From positions 18,414,001 through 18,478,000 of the forward strand of contig CM106585.1 of assembly GCA_048013815.1 (NCBI GenBank): 64,000 nt of DNA, written 5' to 3'. This document shows positions 47,901-61,175 of this stretch, in pieces. A program made the position numbers and the translations under genes. The notes beneath the pieces are model-generated. The model was given only the letters and a program-made list of their open reading frames with translations, was not told the origin of the DNA and ran no database searches. The stretch's first letter is position 1. Every line of letters starts with the position of its first letter. Origin of the DNA: Setoptus koraiensis. Its lineage: Eukaryota > Animalia > Arthropoda.

Positions 47901-50526
47901 AATTCGGCCAGCGCCATTTAATTTGCTGTCGGGCGCCGGTCAAACACGGGCCGTCAGACCGTGCTACGAGATGCGCGACATACGGCCCGAATTTTGTGCC
48001 GTCTCGCGCGCAAGATTGCGCGAATTCGCCCTCGCGATCGCACAATTATGCGCAAAATCGACCCAAAGATTGCACAAAGTTGCGCGAAACGGCGGTCAGC
48101 GTGAGCGGTTGCGTCACAGCCGCAAGTCGCAATCACTCGATGGTTTGGTGATGCAATCGCGAGATATGGCCGCACCAAAGTGGACGAGATGCGATCTGAC
48201 ATTGTGCGATCTGACATTGTCGGTGTCTTGTTGTCCGTCGCTCGGGCCGCTTTGTCTCTGGTCGCCAGAGTCGGGTGGCGGTTGTTTGACGGGCCAGCGA
48301 CAACAACGCCGATTGTTGTGATCGATTTGCGCGTTTGAGCGCGACCAAATCAGCGCCCACCGCGCTGATTGCGAGCGCGACCAAGGCCGGCCGCCGACGG
48401 GCCGCCGCTCGAGTGACCGGCCGCTCGGGTGACCGGCCGCTCGAGTCGAGCCTGTCGCTGGTCAAGCGCCGGTGTTCGGCCAGCAACTTGTCAGTGTGTG
48501 AAACAATTAGCGTTTTATGCATTTATAACCATGTGCTCGGCATCGGCACTCTCGGCCGCGACTCTCGCCAGCGCTCATTTCCTGTCCTTTATCTGCGACT
48601 CTATCTGGCGCTTTTATCTCGCTTTTATCTGCTGTCACGGCCACGAACACATGTATACATGACTCGGCCGTGTCGCTGGGCCGTGTCATGAGTCGCCAAA
48701 TGACGTTCGCCGGACAGGCGCTGTTAATTAAATTCCTTCTCTCGACTCGCGAGAGTCCCGAGTCGAGACTGGCTAACAGCGAATGACAACTGTGCCAGTG
48801 TGCTACAAATGACCAATTTACCTCGGCTACAAATTTGTAGCCGACAAAACCCCGTGCCGGCCCGCCGCTACAAATGTCCGATACAAATGTGTCCGGCGAC
48901 AAATAAACATGCGCCAGGTCGCGCATAAACAACCGGCCCGCGGGCTCGCGATCGTTCAAGTTGTTGAATTTGAATTATGGGCATCATTAGGCCCGACTGC
49001 TGACTGGCCACTGGCCGACCGGCCATTGAGACGCGCGGTGCCATTTCGGACCTGTCAGTTGGCTCACTGGTCAGTTGGCTCACTGGTCAGTTGGCCAGTC
49101 GACGTAGCCATGCTCGCATAACGACATGACACATGACATAACAACCGGCCAGTGGCGGCCAGCGCGACAGCGCAACACGACAGAGATAAAAGTCATGTTA
49201 TTATTATAATTTAGAGCTGTTGTTGGTGGCGTCGTGTTACGACGCCGCGACATGCCAACTTACACGACATCTGACAGGATGCCCGACGCGGCTCGCATCA
49301 CGCCGGCCGCCGGCACGATCGCCCGACCGCCCCCCGTCCGACCGCCCCGTCTGTTGAACGGCGGCACTGCTGGCGTCACTGGCCTCGCCGGCAGCGTGCA
49401 GCCGGCTCCCGACAGTGACAGTGCAACTCTCTGGCCAGTCTCCGGCACAAAGGTTATGCTGTCACCGAAGAATTGGGCCCGGCCGCAACTTTCCATTTCG
49501 GCCGTTGCCGGCCACTGGCCACCGCTGATTATCGGCGCTAACAGCACGTGCCGTTTGTGCCGATAATCATGGGCTTGCTGCGTTGCTGCCGACACGACCG
49601 AAACTGTCGCTTGTCGGCCCGCTCGCCTATCCGCTCGCCCGATTGTCCGCTCGCCCGCTTGTCCGCTTGCGCAATCGACAAGTGCGCCGCGGACAAGTGA
49701 CGGACGGCCGGCCGGTCATTGGCCCGCCAGCTCGGCCCGCTCAGGGCATCTGTTGACTGTCACTGGCCGAGCCGGCCGACGCAAATCAGCTGACAGTTGC
49801 GAGTCAAGCGAAGCCGGCCCATGATGAATGATGCAGCAGTCGCAAATTATGATGTAATAATTGTAACAATATTTGTCCTGTCCACTAGTCATCACTTTTG
49901 GCGCTGGCCGACGTTGCGGCGCTGGCCCGCATCGATGCAGCGTCGCAGCTCATCAATCAGCGCGTCGTCGTCGCAAGGGCCAAATGGCCGAAATAGCAAC
50001 ATGCTGACGCGCTTTTGCTAGTAATATCACACAACACGGCCGTCGCATTGCGTAACACTGCCACTCCGGCCGCTGACAGTAACAAACAGTAGCTGGCCGG
50101 CGAGCACAGGCGAGCTCGCCGTGGCCCGGCCGGCGCAACCCGGCCCGGCAAACAGGTTGTTATCACCTGGCTCGCTTCACAATCGCAATTATGGCGATGT
50201 CTTGCGAAAGTCGACGCCGTCACGATTCTGCTCGCCTAGCGAGCGCTGGCCCATATCTCAAGCTGCCCACATGGCCGACGCAAGACGAAATTTCGCAACG
50301 GCCGGCGCGCATTTTGCGGGCCGAACGCGGCCCGCCGTTCGAAGCCGCTCGAGAGCGCCGCCGGGCCGGCCGGCCGGCGCGAATCGCCCGTCGACGGCCG
50401 ACTCTCTGTGACACACAATGGCCACTTAGTCGGGCGCGCATCGCACATTGCGCAACACTGCGACATGACCGATTGTTCAATTGTTGTTGCCGTTGTTGTT
50501 TGCTTTCATCGCAGCCATTTTATTTC

Positions 50527-50605
50527 TCGCCACTGGTCGCCACTGGTCGCCACTGGTCGCCACTGGTCGCCACTGGTCGCCATTGCTCGCCATCGCTCGC
50601 CATTC
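50527..50605. repeat. 10-bp tandem repeat (cactggtcgc) x5 perfect plus degenerate copies
   Basis: Read directly from the sequence. Confidence 0.95.
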
Positions 50606-53600
50606 ATACGCTCGGTATCGCCGTCTTGGTATCAGCTGTCATGATGTGCGCCAATTTCGCAGTGGCGCCAAATGGCGATGCCCGGCACCAATTCGACAAT
50701 GGCAGCCACCATTGATGACATCGGCCGGCCGCTCAGGTGAACTGGCGCTCATTACTTATTCATTTGGTGCACTCCCTTGCAGCAACAAAACACAAAACAA
50801 ATCAGATTGTAGTTGCTGCTCGAGTGCCCACTAATTACTCATTCACTTCATTACGGCGACCGGGCGAGCTTGCGCAAGCAAGCGGCAGCATTGCCGGCGA
50901 GTATCATTACATGATGCGCTCGCTTGCGGATGCTTTTGCTTACACTTTGCTTACACTTTGCTCACCGTGCCGGCCCGGCCGACGACGCTGATGCAAAAAG
51001 ATAAGAGCTCATTATGAGCGTCATTATCCATTATCCATTGTTTCTGCTTGTACCTGAACCATGTTCAATGTCGACAGCTCACCTGACGGCCACAGAACAA
51101 TGACGCTCCTCGGGTTCGCCGCTGTCGCTGTTGCAGTGGTCGCAGTTGTCGTTGTTGCTGTTGCTTTTGCTTTTGCTGTCGGTGTTGCTGTCGTTGTTGC
51201 TGTTGCCGTGGTTGTTGCTGTTGCAGACGGTTGGGCACAGTTGATAGTTGATAATTGAGCTGGCCGGCCGGCCAGTGAGAGGCAAACTCGCTCACTCTCT
51301 CGGCTCACTTGTCGCTGCTCACTTGGCTCGGCTCACCTTCGCCCGCGCCACGGTGTTGGCTGCACTGGCGCTGTTAGTGGCTATTGGCCGCCAACTTGTA
51401 GCCCACTTCGGCCGCTTCCAGGCCGCTGCCGGCCACTCGGCCAATTGCCTGCTGACCACTAACAAATGCCAACTGGAAAGCCAGGTGAACGTAAACGGCG
51501 TCATTGTCGTCGTTTGGGCATCGCTTTGTTTCAACAAAGTGCGCCGTTGCCATGACTATTTGTTGTTGTGTCTACAAACAACAGCGCAGACAACAACAAC
51601 AACAACAACAACAACATTCAAACGCATGTCCGCTGGCTTGGTTGTTGCGTCATCGTCGTCACTGGCCGCTCACTTCAAATGGCCGCTCTTCCTATTACAT
51701 AATAATGTTACATAATAGTGTTACACAATAATGCTGCGCATTGATGTTACGTAATATTGCGTTGCCTAGTAATGCATAATGCTACACACGATAATGTTAC
51801 TCGAGCGGGGGCGTTCCGGCGCTGCTGGCAACTGGTCAGCAACACGCCAGTGACGCGCTCATTTGGTCGTTTGGGCCTTCGACGGCCGAGTGGTTCTAGC
51901 CGGACGGCCGGACAGCCGGACAGCGGATGGCCGGGTAGTGTTGTGCAGGGGTTGTAGCTGTGCGCAATATCGAGTCTCGATCTTCGCTTTGTTTGCCCGA
52001 TCGGCCGGCCCGATCTTGCGGCCACTCGGGGCTTGTGGCGCTGCTGCTCAACAAGTTGCGCGGCCGGCAGCAGCGCCAAAGGTCAGCTGCTGCCGGTCGG
52101 TCTTGCAATAGGTAATTAATTGTTAGCTCGGCGAGCCGATCCAATCGCGAGACATTAACGATCGTCCGAGCTAGACGCCGAACAATGCTCAAACACACAC
52201 GAATACGCCGTGCATGCATTCATATTCATGCACGGATAAACAAGCGGATAAACGCCTGGCCATAGCAGGCCGACAGAATCTGTCGGACAGATCCTGTTGG
52301 ATTGAGACGTTTCGGCTGCGCTCACCAATACATGTTGCACTGGCAGTGTTGCATTGGTCTTGTGAGTGTGAGTGTGTGTGTTTTCGTAATTAATCATAAT
52401 ATCTCTGTGGTCGTTATTTTACATAAAACACACATCGTGGCGCACGTTGCAATCAAGCAAGTGTGTGTGTGTGTGTGTCGTAGCTGGCCACTAATTAGGA
52501 ACGAATCAAAAAACAATTCTCATCACGGCAATTGTCTCATTATGCGTGCCCATATAAACGTGGCTCGTTTGCGGCGGCGCCAAGCGGCCAGCGCAATTGT
52601 CAGACTGGCCACGATTTGTCGGTTTGTGGCCAGTGCGTTGCCAAGATGAATTCATTGAGAGAGAGACGAACGTTAGTCAGTTACTGGGTTAGCTGTTGGT
52701 CGGCGGCGCCGGCGCTCGTTACTCAACAATGTGTATCTATCGCGAATGGCGGCCAACGAAGCCCCGGCTAGCCGGCCCGTCGGCCCGACAGCGCAGAGAG
52801 AAAGTAAACCACTTGTTGCATGTACATAATTAAGATGTTGCCAATGTTGTTTATCGCCATTGATAAGCAATTGTGTTGTTGCTGTTGTTGTTGCCGGTTG
52901 AATAATAGCAACGACGACCACTCGAACAATAATAATGATTGCTGGCATGAGGTCACGATTTATTATTGCATTATTGCGTAGCGTATGATGCGAGCCCGCT
53001 CTGGCCGCTTCGGCCCGCTTGGCTGCTGGCCGCCACTTTGGCCGCTTCGGCCGCTTTGGCCGCTTTGGCTGCCCAATCGGACACTTGGCCCAAGTGACTT
53101 GGGGCTGGTTGCGGGCCATGCGATGCACGGAAATAATAATAGCATTAACGATTGTAATGACGATGATGATGTTGCTGTGTTTGTGCGAGCCGTTCAAATT
53201 TGAATTTGACGACGACGACGACGACTTGCACAACTTGTAACTCTCATAACTGGCAACTCCAATCAAAACGCAAACGTTGCCAAGCGGGCCAACTCCCGCC
53301 GGCCCGTCAGCGCCGGCCCGTCACTGTTGGCTCGTTAATGTTGGCCAGTTGTCTTGACGAGCCCATGATACAGCGCTCGACAATGGCATCGTCATTGCGA
53401 TGGCGCATCAAACTTCAGGAAGTGTCACCACATTTGCCGGCCGCACGGCCGACACACACAAACGCCGGCCAGCTAACGAACTGCCGATCGACTGCAACGC
53501 GACTGCATAACTGGCCAACGCTAATTGCTAGTTGCGAAACTTGCCCATGTCAGATCATGCAATTAGTTGATTGGCGCAAGCCAACTGTCCAACAAACTGT

Positions 53601-55647
53601 TACAAACTCTCGCGAACAGACTCTCGCGAACTCTCGCCGCCGTTACATCATCCCTGCGCTGGCAGCGCCGCATTACGAGAGCCCCGACTAACCACTCTTT
53701 CTCTGTCTGTCTCTTCTAACGCTCAAACGCTCCGACGCTGCAACATTCCGATATTGCGATGCTCCAACGCTCGATCCTCGTCGCATCCGATGCTCCGGCG
53801 ACGCACACAAACACCCGCTTGGACAAACACAAACAACCCACGGTATCGACACTTACGCAAACAGGTAAGCAAAACTGCAAGCTCCGTCAGCGCGACCCAA
53901 CATTCGCGCTTGTCCGCAAGAGCCAACTGTGAGGGGCATCGCCGGTGCTGAAGCGAACCCCTCTCGCCAGTTGAAAACTTTCTTTTAATTGCTATCAGGC
54001 AAACAATTATCGGGTTGCGCCGCCGCAGCTCACCTGCCGAACGCAATTTGGGTCAATCAGTGCATCGGCTGGCCGGTCGTTGGGTCGCTCGTTGCGGGTC
54101 GCGAGTCGCCGATTGCCAATTGCCAATTGCAGCAGCAGCAGCCAGCCAGCTATTTTGATTGGGGCGAACGAACACACGAACGTCTCGGGACTCGAGACGC
54201 TCGGGCTGGCGTTGTTGGCTGCCCGAGCACAACAAAGAGCCATACAAGATCGATGGAAGAATGAGCGATAATTACGACGACGACGAGTCGCTTCTTGCGC
54301 CGCTCAGGCTCTCGCCTATCGACTAATCTAATTACTGAGCTCATGCTAGCTCGCCTCATGCCATCCATGTGGCCGTGTGCTGGCCGTCGGGTCTTCGTGG
54401 CAAAAGCCATAAGGCACAAGAACAGGTTCATTGTGCCCATTGTTGTGTACATAATAGTGTGCGTCTGTCCTGCGATGGCAATTTCGCTCCGGCAAGGCAC
54501 CGGCCCGAAGCAGCGGTGTGGCCCCTTCTTCTCGACACAACGGTGATTACAATGGCTCTATCCTTCTCTCCCTGTGGATATGTATAGCATGAATAGCGGT
54601 AATTGCTTTATGTGACACACGCATTCTTCTCCTTCTTCTGTGTAACTTGCTGGCTGGCTGGCTGGCCAAAGTCAATTTGGGTTGCTCACCTCGGCGGCCT
54701 GATTTGTCTTGGCGGCCCGAGAGCAGGTGAAACAATCGACGGCAAGCGAAAGTCTCTTTGTATGGGCTGCCTATTTCGGCCCAAACAAAGCGCCGACGCT
54801 GACTTGCCGCGCGGCTCCTCACCTGAAGCAACTCAAACAAATTGAGCAAGCGCCGGCTCGGACTTCGTGATGCAAATCGAGTTGCGTATGCATCAAATTG
54901 TTGCCCGGTGATACATGATAATCGGCGACGATCCTTTGGCTCGCACCATGCGCCATACCATTGCGCCACCTGTCGACCTGGGCGCGTTGGAGCCGAAGAA
55001 AAATAATTCTGGCGTGTTGCTGTCCGGCAGTGGCGGCGCGGTGCGGCCCGAGAGCGAGAGCGATGACCTTCAACCTGCAATGAATCGGTGCAGCGATTCG
55101 GGCAGCATCAACAATAATAGATATCATTCGTGTCTGTTGTTGTTCATGCCCATCGCTGAATGGATTGAATACAAATCTCTGTCTGTCTCGTCCTGCGCAA
55201 TTTGAATTTGCGCCTCGTTCGCAGTTGCTCGCACACTCAACTATTGTTCGCTGCCAGATAATCATTAATGGCCAACATGCTAATGGTTATGGTATTGGTT
55301 GTTGCCGACGGTTATTAGTGGCCGTTATTAGCGGCCGGCACACAACGCAATTATGCCACAACAACAACAACAACAACTACGATGACGACGGCCGATCGTC
55401 AGGCTCATGTCTGGCGCTCGGCCGGCGCTTCGGCCAGTTCGGTCTGCTTCCAACAGTTCGGTCTGGTTCGCCGCTGCTCGCATTCGAAGACACTCATCAA
55501 TCGCGGCCCCAGACAGCGCTGACCGGTCCACGTGCACCCGCTACCTGTCCTGTGGCCGCTGCAGGCTGGTTGCTGGTCGTTGGTTGCCGCTTGTGGCGGT
55601 GGCGGCGGCGGCAGCGGCATGTTGACGGCGATAATGATGCCGCTCAC

Positions 55648-56080
55648 CGCGGCCGACAACACCACCGACTGACCAGCGCCGACAACAACCACAGCCGCGG
55701 CCGCACAGCCAACTGAACATGGCACAAAGCGCCACTGAGATTAAAAAGAATGATTGTTTGTCTGTCATCGTGCTGCATCTTGCTTCTTTTGCATGTTTCC
55801 CCACTTGTGGGACCAGTACTTCTTCTTATAAATTCTTGTTCTGTTTTCGAAACGTTTCGTCGTCGTTCTGTTCAGCGAAACTGTGTGCCTCGCTCTCTCA
55901 TTTGCATGCTCCGAAGCAGCGAGTGTTCGATAACTGTACTCACCGTGGCACCAACATTGAGCAAGATGAATGCCCACAAATGCCTACAGCACTCCAGACA
56001 AGTTGGCGGGGGGCATCATCGAATTCTCCTTCGCCTACTCACCAGATCGCAGATATACGCAGCACACTTGAGGAGAGCAA
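55648..56080 (-). other. Candidate chain of three short spliced exons (56080-56043, 55983-55944, 55734-55648)
   Basis: Acceptors ttttgtttttgctctag, gtgctgtag and ttctttttaatctcag; donors GTGAGT, GTGAGT and GTGAGC. The reading frame and product are undetermined. Confidence 0.3.
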
Positions 56081-59000
56081 CTAGAGCAAAAACAAAATGC
56101 ACATTACAACATTTTGCTCATGGGCTGCCAGCTCGAGCTCGTGCAAATCATCTGGCGTCGCTCTTTGGAGGTCGCCAGTCGGTCAATATTGATACTCTTG
56201 ATAGTCTCGTTATCTTTGGCTCTCGCCATGCTGCTTGCGGAGAGTACATGGATCCTGTATGAGATGATGTTGTTATTATGCATGTACATATTTGAGCATT
56301 AGAGTGATAGATTCACTTTCTGGCTGTTGCGAGTCCGCAACATGAGAGAGTGGCGGTGGTGCTGGTGGTGGTGTCATTTTAGCGACGTCAGTCAGTCAGT
56401 CAGTCAGTCAGTAACTAGCTTGTGAGTGGTGGCACACATTAAAACACTTAACTAAAATAAATATCATCATGATCAAATACTCAATGTTTGCCTCTGGCTT
56501 CGTTGCTGGCGCTGCTGCTGCCCACTAGCTTTAATTACTGCTCAAGTTAATTAGAGGGCACACCAAAAAGCTTGTACGATCAACAGCATGCAGTAGAGCA
56601 GCTGCTAGTTTGCAGTGGAGAGCCCACTTAGAGCCACTTTAGAGCTTCTCCTTGTTTTTTTAAGTTTATACACATTCTAGCCTTCATCAATTGCGTGTGG
56701 CCAACGCAAACAAAGTGGCCACAATCTTGTACTTGGTCTCTATTAGCACCAACAGCAGCACACTTCCAGGATCGGATGGACACTGACTGTCAATGGCTTC
56801 TCGTGGCCGTTGCTCATCCAAAGTTCATCAACATGTGTCCAACGATCATGATGATAATAATGTGAACCGGCGCTACTAGATAAGCGATCTGCTGTTATGG
56901 CCACAGTAAATTAAACCAGTAGGTTAAAAATAGGAAGTGTCCATTATTGTGTCCCAATGACACTTCTGCTCGCTGTCCTATACCGGGCCCGGTCCTTATC
57001 GGGTCAATTTAATAACGGTAGATACACGTTGAATATATTGGTGATGTATACCACCATGTGTGCAGAGCAAAATCGTTATCCATTTTGAGATAAATAATAT
57101 ATAGTGCTATTTGAATGTGACAAAGACCACCACACACGCCGGCCCGATGTCGTGATCATGATGTCATAATGTGATGTCAATCACTAATAAAAATGAATTC
57201 ACAATGTCACTCTATATCCATGGGAAGTGCGCTTCATGGTCGCGATGCTCGCAAACATGAAACAAACAAACCAACAAGCAGCATATAGCACTCACATAAC
57301 AGATATATATTGATATTTGATGAGCACATGAGTGAATAAAGCAATTACATAGTAATTGATTGAAATATGACTTGAATATGGCGACACAAAAAACGATCAT
57401 GACGACAACGATATCCGATCATGATCGGCCCAATGTGCCTCACCAAGAGCATTTCATGACGTCATCTCACATTGACATGGTGAGTTGTCATATGGCTCAA
57501 AATTGGTGACATGCAGACGATACTGTAACCATGTCGACACGTCTAATTGGTTGTATATTATCACTTACTCCTCCTGGGCGCTCTTTTTCGTCTTGAAAGA
57601 AGAGCTTCTTAGCTTGGCGATATAGCTTTAGCTCATATAGATAGACGATCAAGATGAAATGGAATCTCTCTTATCGATATGCCCCAAATGCGACAATTCT
57701 CAAATGATGAGTGTAATGAACCTCGTAATAGATTTGGCGCTCTCAGCTTTCTTCGAAATGTACCATCGCAAGTGTAAATGCCTCCATTAATCTGCAGCGA
57801 CTGTGTACTTTTTGGTCATCAGTGGCTCCTTTCTCGTCCTATGGCCCATTTGCAATGGTTCTGTTGCAACTATGATGGCTCTCAGAAGGGATCAACATCG
57901 CTGGCATCTACTACTCATTCTGTTCATATGAATCTTGTTGCCATTAATTGTGACGAAATGTCATGTCGCAGTGATTTAGTCGGCTACCACAACTATCACT
58001 GCCACTGTTATATTAAACAACACTCGCTATTATAACGACAAGCAAACTTTCTTATAACATTAGATGAAATTTATCACTTTATAAGAGTGAGCGCACAAAA
58101 AACATTTGCTGTGGTCTGGCGGTGCAACGTCCCATGGACATCTCCACATGGTACCATCCATCTCCTAAGGCAACTAGAGTGATATGTTCTGTTCTTGCTA
58201 GTTTATTCTTGGCTAGTTAAGACCATCCCCGATGGCTCCCCTTAGTGTCCGCTGACTTACAGGGTGGGAGTGTGAAAAGAAGAAATAGTGTGGCATCATT
58301 AGCAGTGGCATTGGTGCTTCCGACTGTGACTTTGACTTTTGGATCTGCTCAGACAAGTCGATGACAACAACAATACCGACTGGTGTTGTTGATTCACACA
58401 AGCGTTAGATGTGAACGCATCAACATTTGTTCATTCGTTATGGTAGTCTATCATGGTCAATTTTTAGCTTGCGCACATTGATGTATGAGTAACAGTCGAT
58501 TGTTTTGCAGCCGTTTGTTCATGGTGCCTTATTATGAGACGAATTGAGTGTGTTGAAAACACTCAATATGTCTAGTAGAAGCACAAAATAGCCAACGTCC
58601 CTTGCCAGAGTCTAGCTCAATGCTGATGGTTAAAATCAACCATCATAATATCATGTGTGTAGATGGGTAGCTTAGTCAACCCATGATGCCCATATTGTTC
58701 GTTGGCGTTTTGTTCTCGGTCGGTTGTGCTCGATTTGAGATCGTATCATCACTCTCTCACACTTAGTGGTATCTCTCATAGATGTTATGTTCCAGTTATG
58801 TAACTTGCTGGCCATTAAAGTTGCTGCCGTGTTGTTGATGCTGTGTTGGCTATTGCCTCGGGATGTATGAGGCCATGCATCATAAACATAATAATATTTC
58901 ATAATATTTTCAGTCAGTTTCCATGTAACCAACAAGAGACACATAGAGAAAAATTGAAGAGAATTTCAGATCTCTAAATGTGTGATCATGATGACGATCA

Positions 59001-61140
59001 TTGTGTAAGCGTCAGCAGTTAATAGCAGAAACAGGCTGAATGTGGCCCGGTTGTAGCAGGTATTTCTCAGTACGTACGATTTCTATATGTATTGCTTCAT
59101 TAAATAATACAACAATACGAACAACGAACACATCCCCACTTACATGGCGCAACATGTTATTACGTGCCAATAACACCTTACGATTGTCATTGTGTTTATC
59201 TGTTGTCCTTGGTAGTTGTGAGACGGTGCTGGTGGTAGTAGTAGTGCCATTGGCGAAGTCACCTATGACGTTCCTGTATAATACTCTTCGGTCCATTGAC
59301 CACCACCAACGTTGTCCAACAAAACTGATCAGATGATATGGGCGGCAGAAAGAACTAGGTGTGTGTTTGTCTCACAAGATTTTTTGACACAAACAACCGA
59401 TATTATTATGTATATCGGTAGGCAGTATTTCCACACAGTAAACATTGTTTCATCTCAGCACTGATATATAAGCACGTAGCCAATGAAGGAAGAAATCGCT
59501 TACAAACTCGCTGGCAACGAACAACAAATCAGATTCGAGCGCATACAATTGACTGACCACCATCGGCGTCGCCGTTTGTCTACAAACCTATGCTATCTAT
59601 TCTTGTAGAGTAGTACATAATTCGTCGTCGCTGTTGTTCTGATCCGTGAGAAAATCCAACACACGTACTTATTTTGTAGCGCGTTGCTGTTCCTTTTCAG
59701 TGTCATCATGATGACAAACTTGTTGATCATAGAGAATACACAAGAAGCGATAGTTGAGAAACAAGATAGGTGACATCCTATTCACTGTTCGTGCTCACAT
59801 GCTATTGGATAGATACATGATCGTTACCGACAAAATCAATGATCTTGCGGCGGCAATCATTATATTTCACCGAGGGCTCATCTTGCTCGCTCGTGCTTTC
59901 TTTATTTTTGCTTGCTGCCGCGCTATGTATGATCGTGGCTAAGCTGCCCATTGACCTTATCAGTTCGTATCCCACTGGATGGCACGATCTGTTACGTCTG
60001 AGAGACCCACTGCAAACAAGTCTCTATCTGGGATGTGGAATGCAAATGCTATTTGGTTTTTTCTCTCTAGTGGTTGCCGACCAATCTAATTATACCTAAT
60101 GATTCTCGTGTTTATTTGCCGGCCCATTTGTTAGCCGGGGTGCCTTAGATATATTACATGATAAAAAGCGAGAGTCTGGTGGTGTGTGGTACCTATAGAC
60201 CCACACTATTCTGCTTGGGCCAAACAATCTATATCTGTGTGGCATGCGTGTGTTCGATCGACTTCATCACGATAAAATCGGTTATTGGAAAAGGTGTAAT
60301 GATGACGCGGCGTGATTAATCAGCATTGGTGGTAGTGGTGATGTCGGTGACGGCGGTGCCACCAAACAAAGACCAAGCGCCATGATCAGTCAAGGTAACT
60401 ACAACGAGCAATTGAAGGCTAATGGCGAGCAGCTGATTCTGATCGGGCGGACCATTCTGACAGTCGGCCGGCCGGCTGGCCGTTGTGCCGGTGAGCGTAA
60501 AGTCGGCTTCTAAAGTTTTACCTATTCCTCGTGATTCTCTATGGCGATAGCGACGGCATGGCGGCGGCCACGATCAAAGGTACACAAACGAACAAATTAG
60601 TGGTAATAATGACGCCGATGATTATAATATTAGTGTGTTCTCTTAGTTAGACTATCATTATTGAAGGTGATGCAGCAGCAGCGGCAGCGGCAGCAGCGGT
60701 GTCCAGTATGGTCATTTTCAGTTTGTTCCTTTCCTATCGGTTGAGTCATATAACAAATTTAGTGCGCTCACTTAATTAAACCATGACAAATGTAACCATC
60801 ACGAGTCTCGTTGCCAGTTGCTGTTTGCAATAGAATGGAGCGGTTAAACAATTGAACGTTGCCGAATGCCAGTAATAAATCTATCTATAGATCAATCGAT
60901 GGGCATTGATCGCTGGCCTCACTCTGTGGCCATATCTCTAACTAATGGCCGGCCGGCTGCGTCCGACGAATAAAACGATTATTGGACTGCCAGCATGCCA
61001 GTTGTTCAGTGTGATTCATAATCAGATTATTGCTATTAGTATCGTTGGCGCGCTTGAATAAGTGTGGTTATATTAGTTTAACTAGACGCCTGCCCGGAGA
61101 GCAGTAAAAGGCAATTCCAAAAGCGTTTCCAGAGACTGTA

Positions 61141-61142
<2 letters not shown>

Positions 61143-61171
<29 letters not shown>
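61143..61171. repeat. (TC)n microsatellite
   Basis: Read directly from the sequence. Confidence 0.95.

Positions 61172-61175
<4 letters not shown>

Noticed and set aside
20588-50605. Short repeat arrays as possible CRISPR arrays
   Set aside because: The units are adjacent with no unique spacers, there are no cas genes, and the context is eukaryotic.
55648-56080. Resemblance of the spliced hydrophobic peptide to the UNC-93 N-terminal half
   Set aside because: The conserved Trp of the GAAPxW motif is absent and the frame is ambiguous, so no family was assigned.
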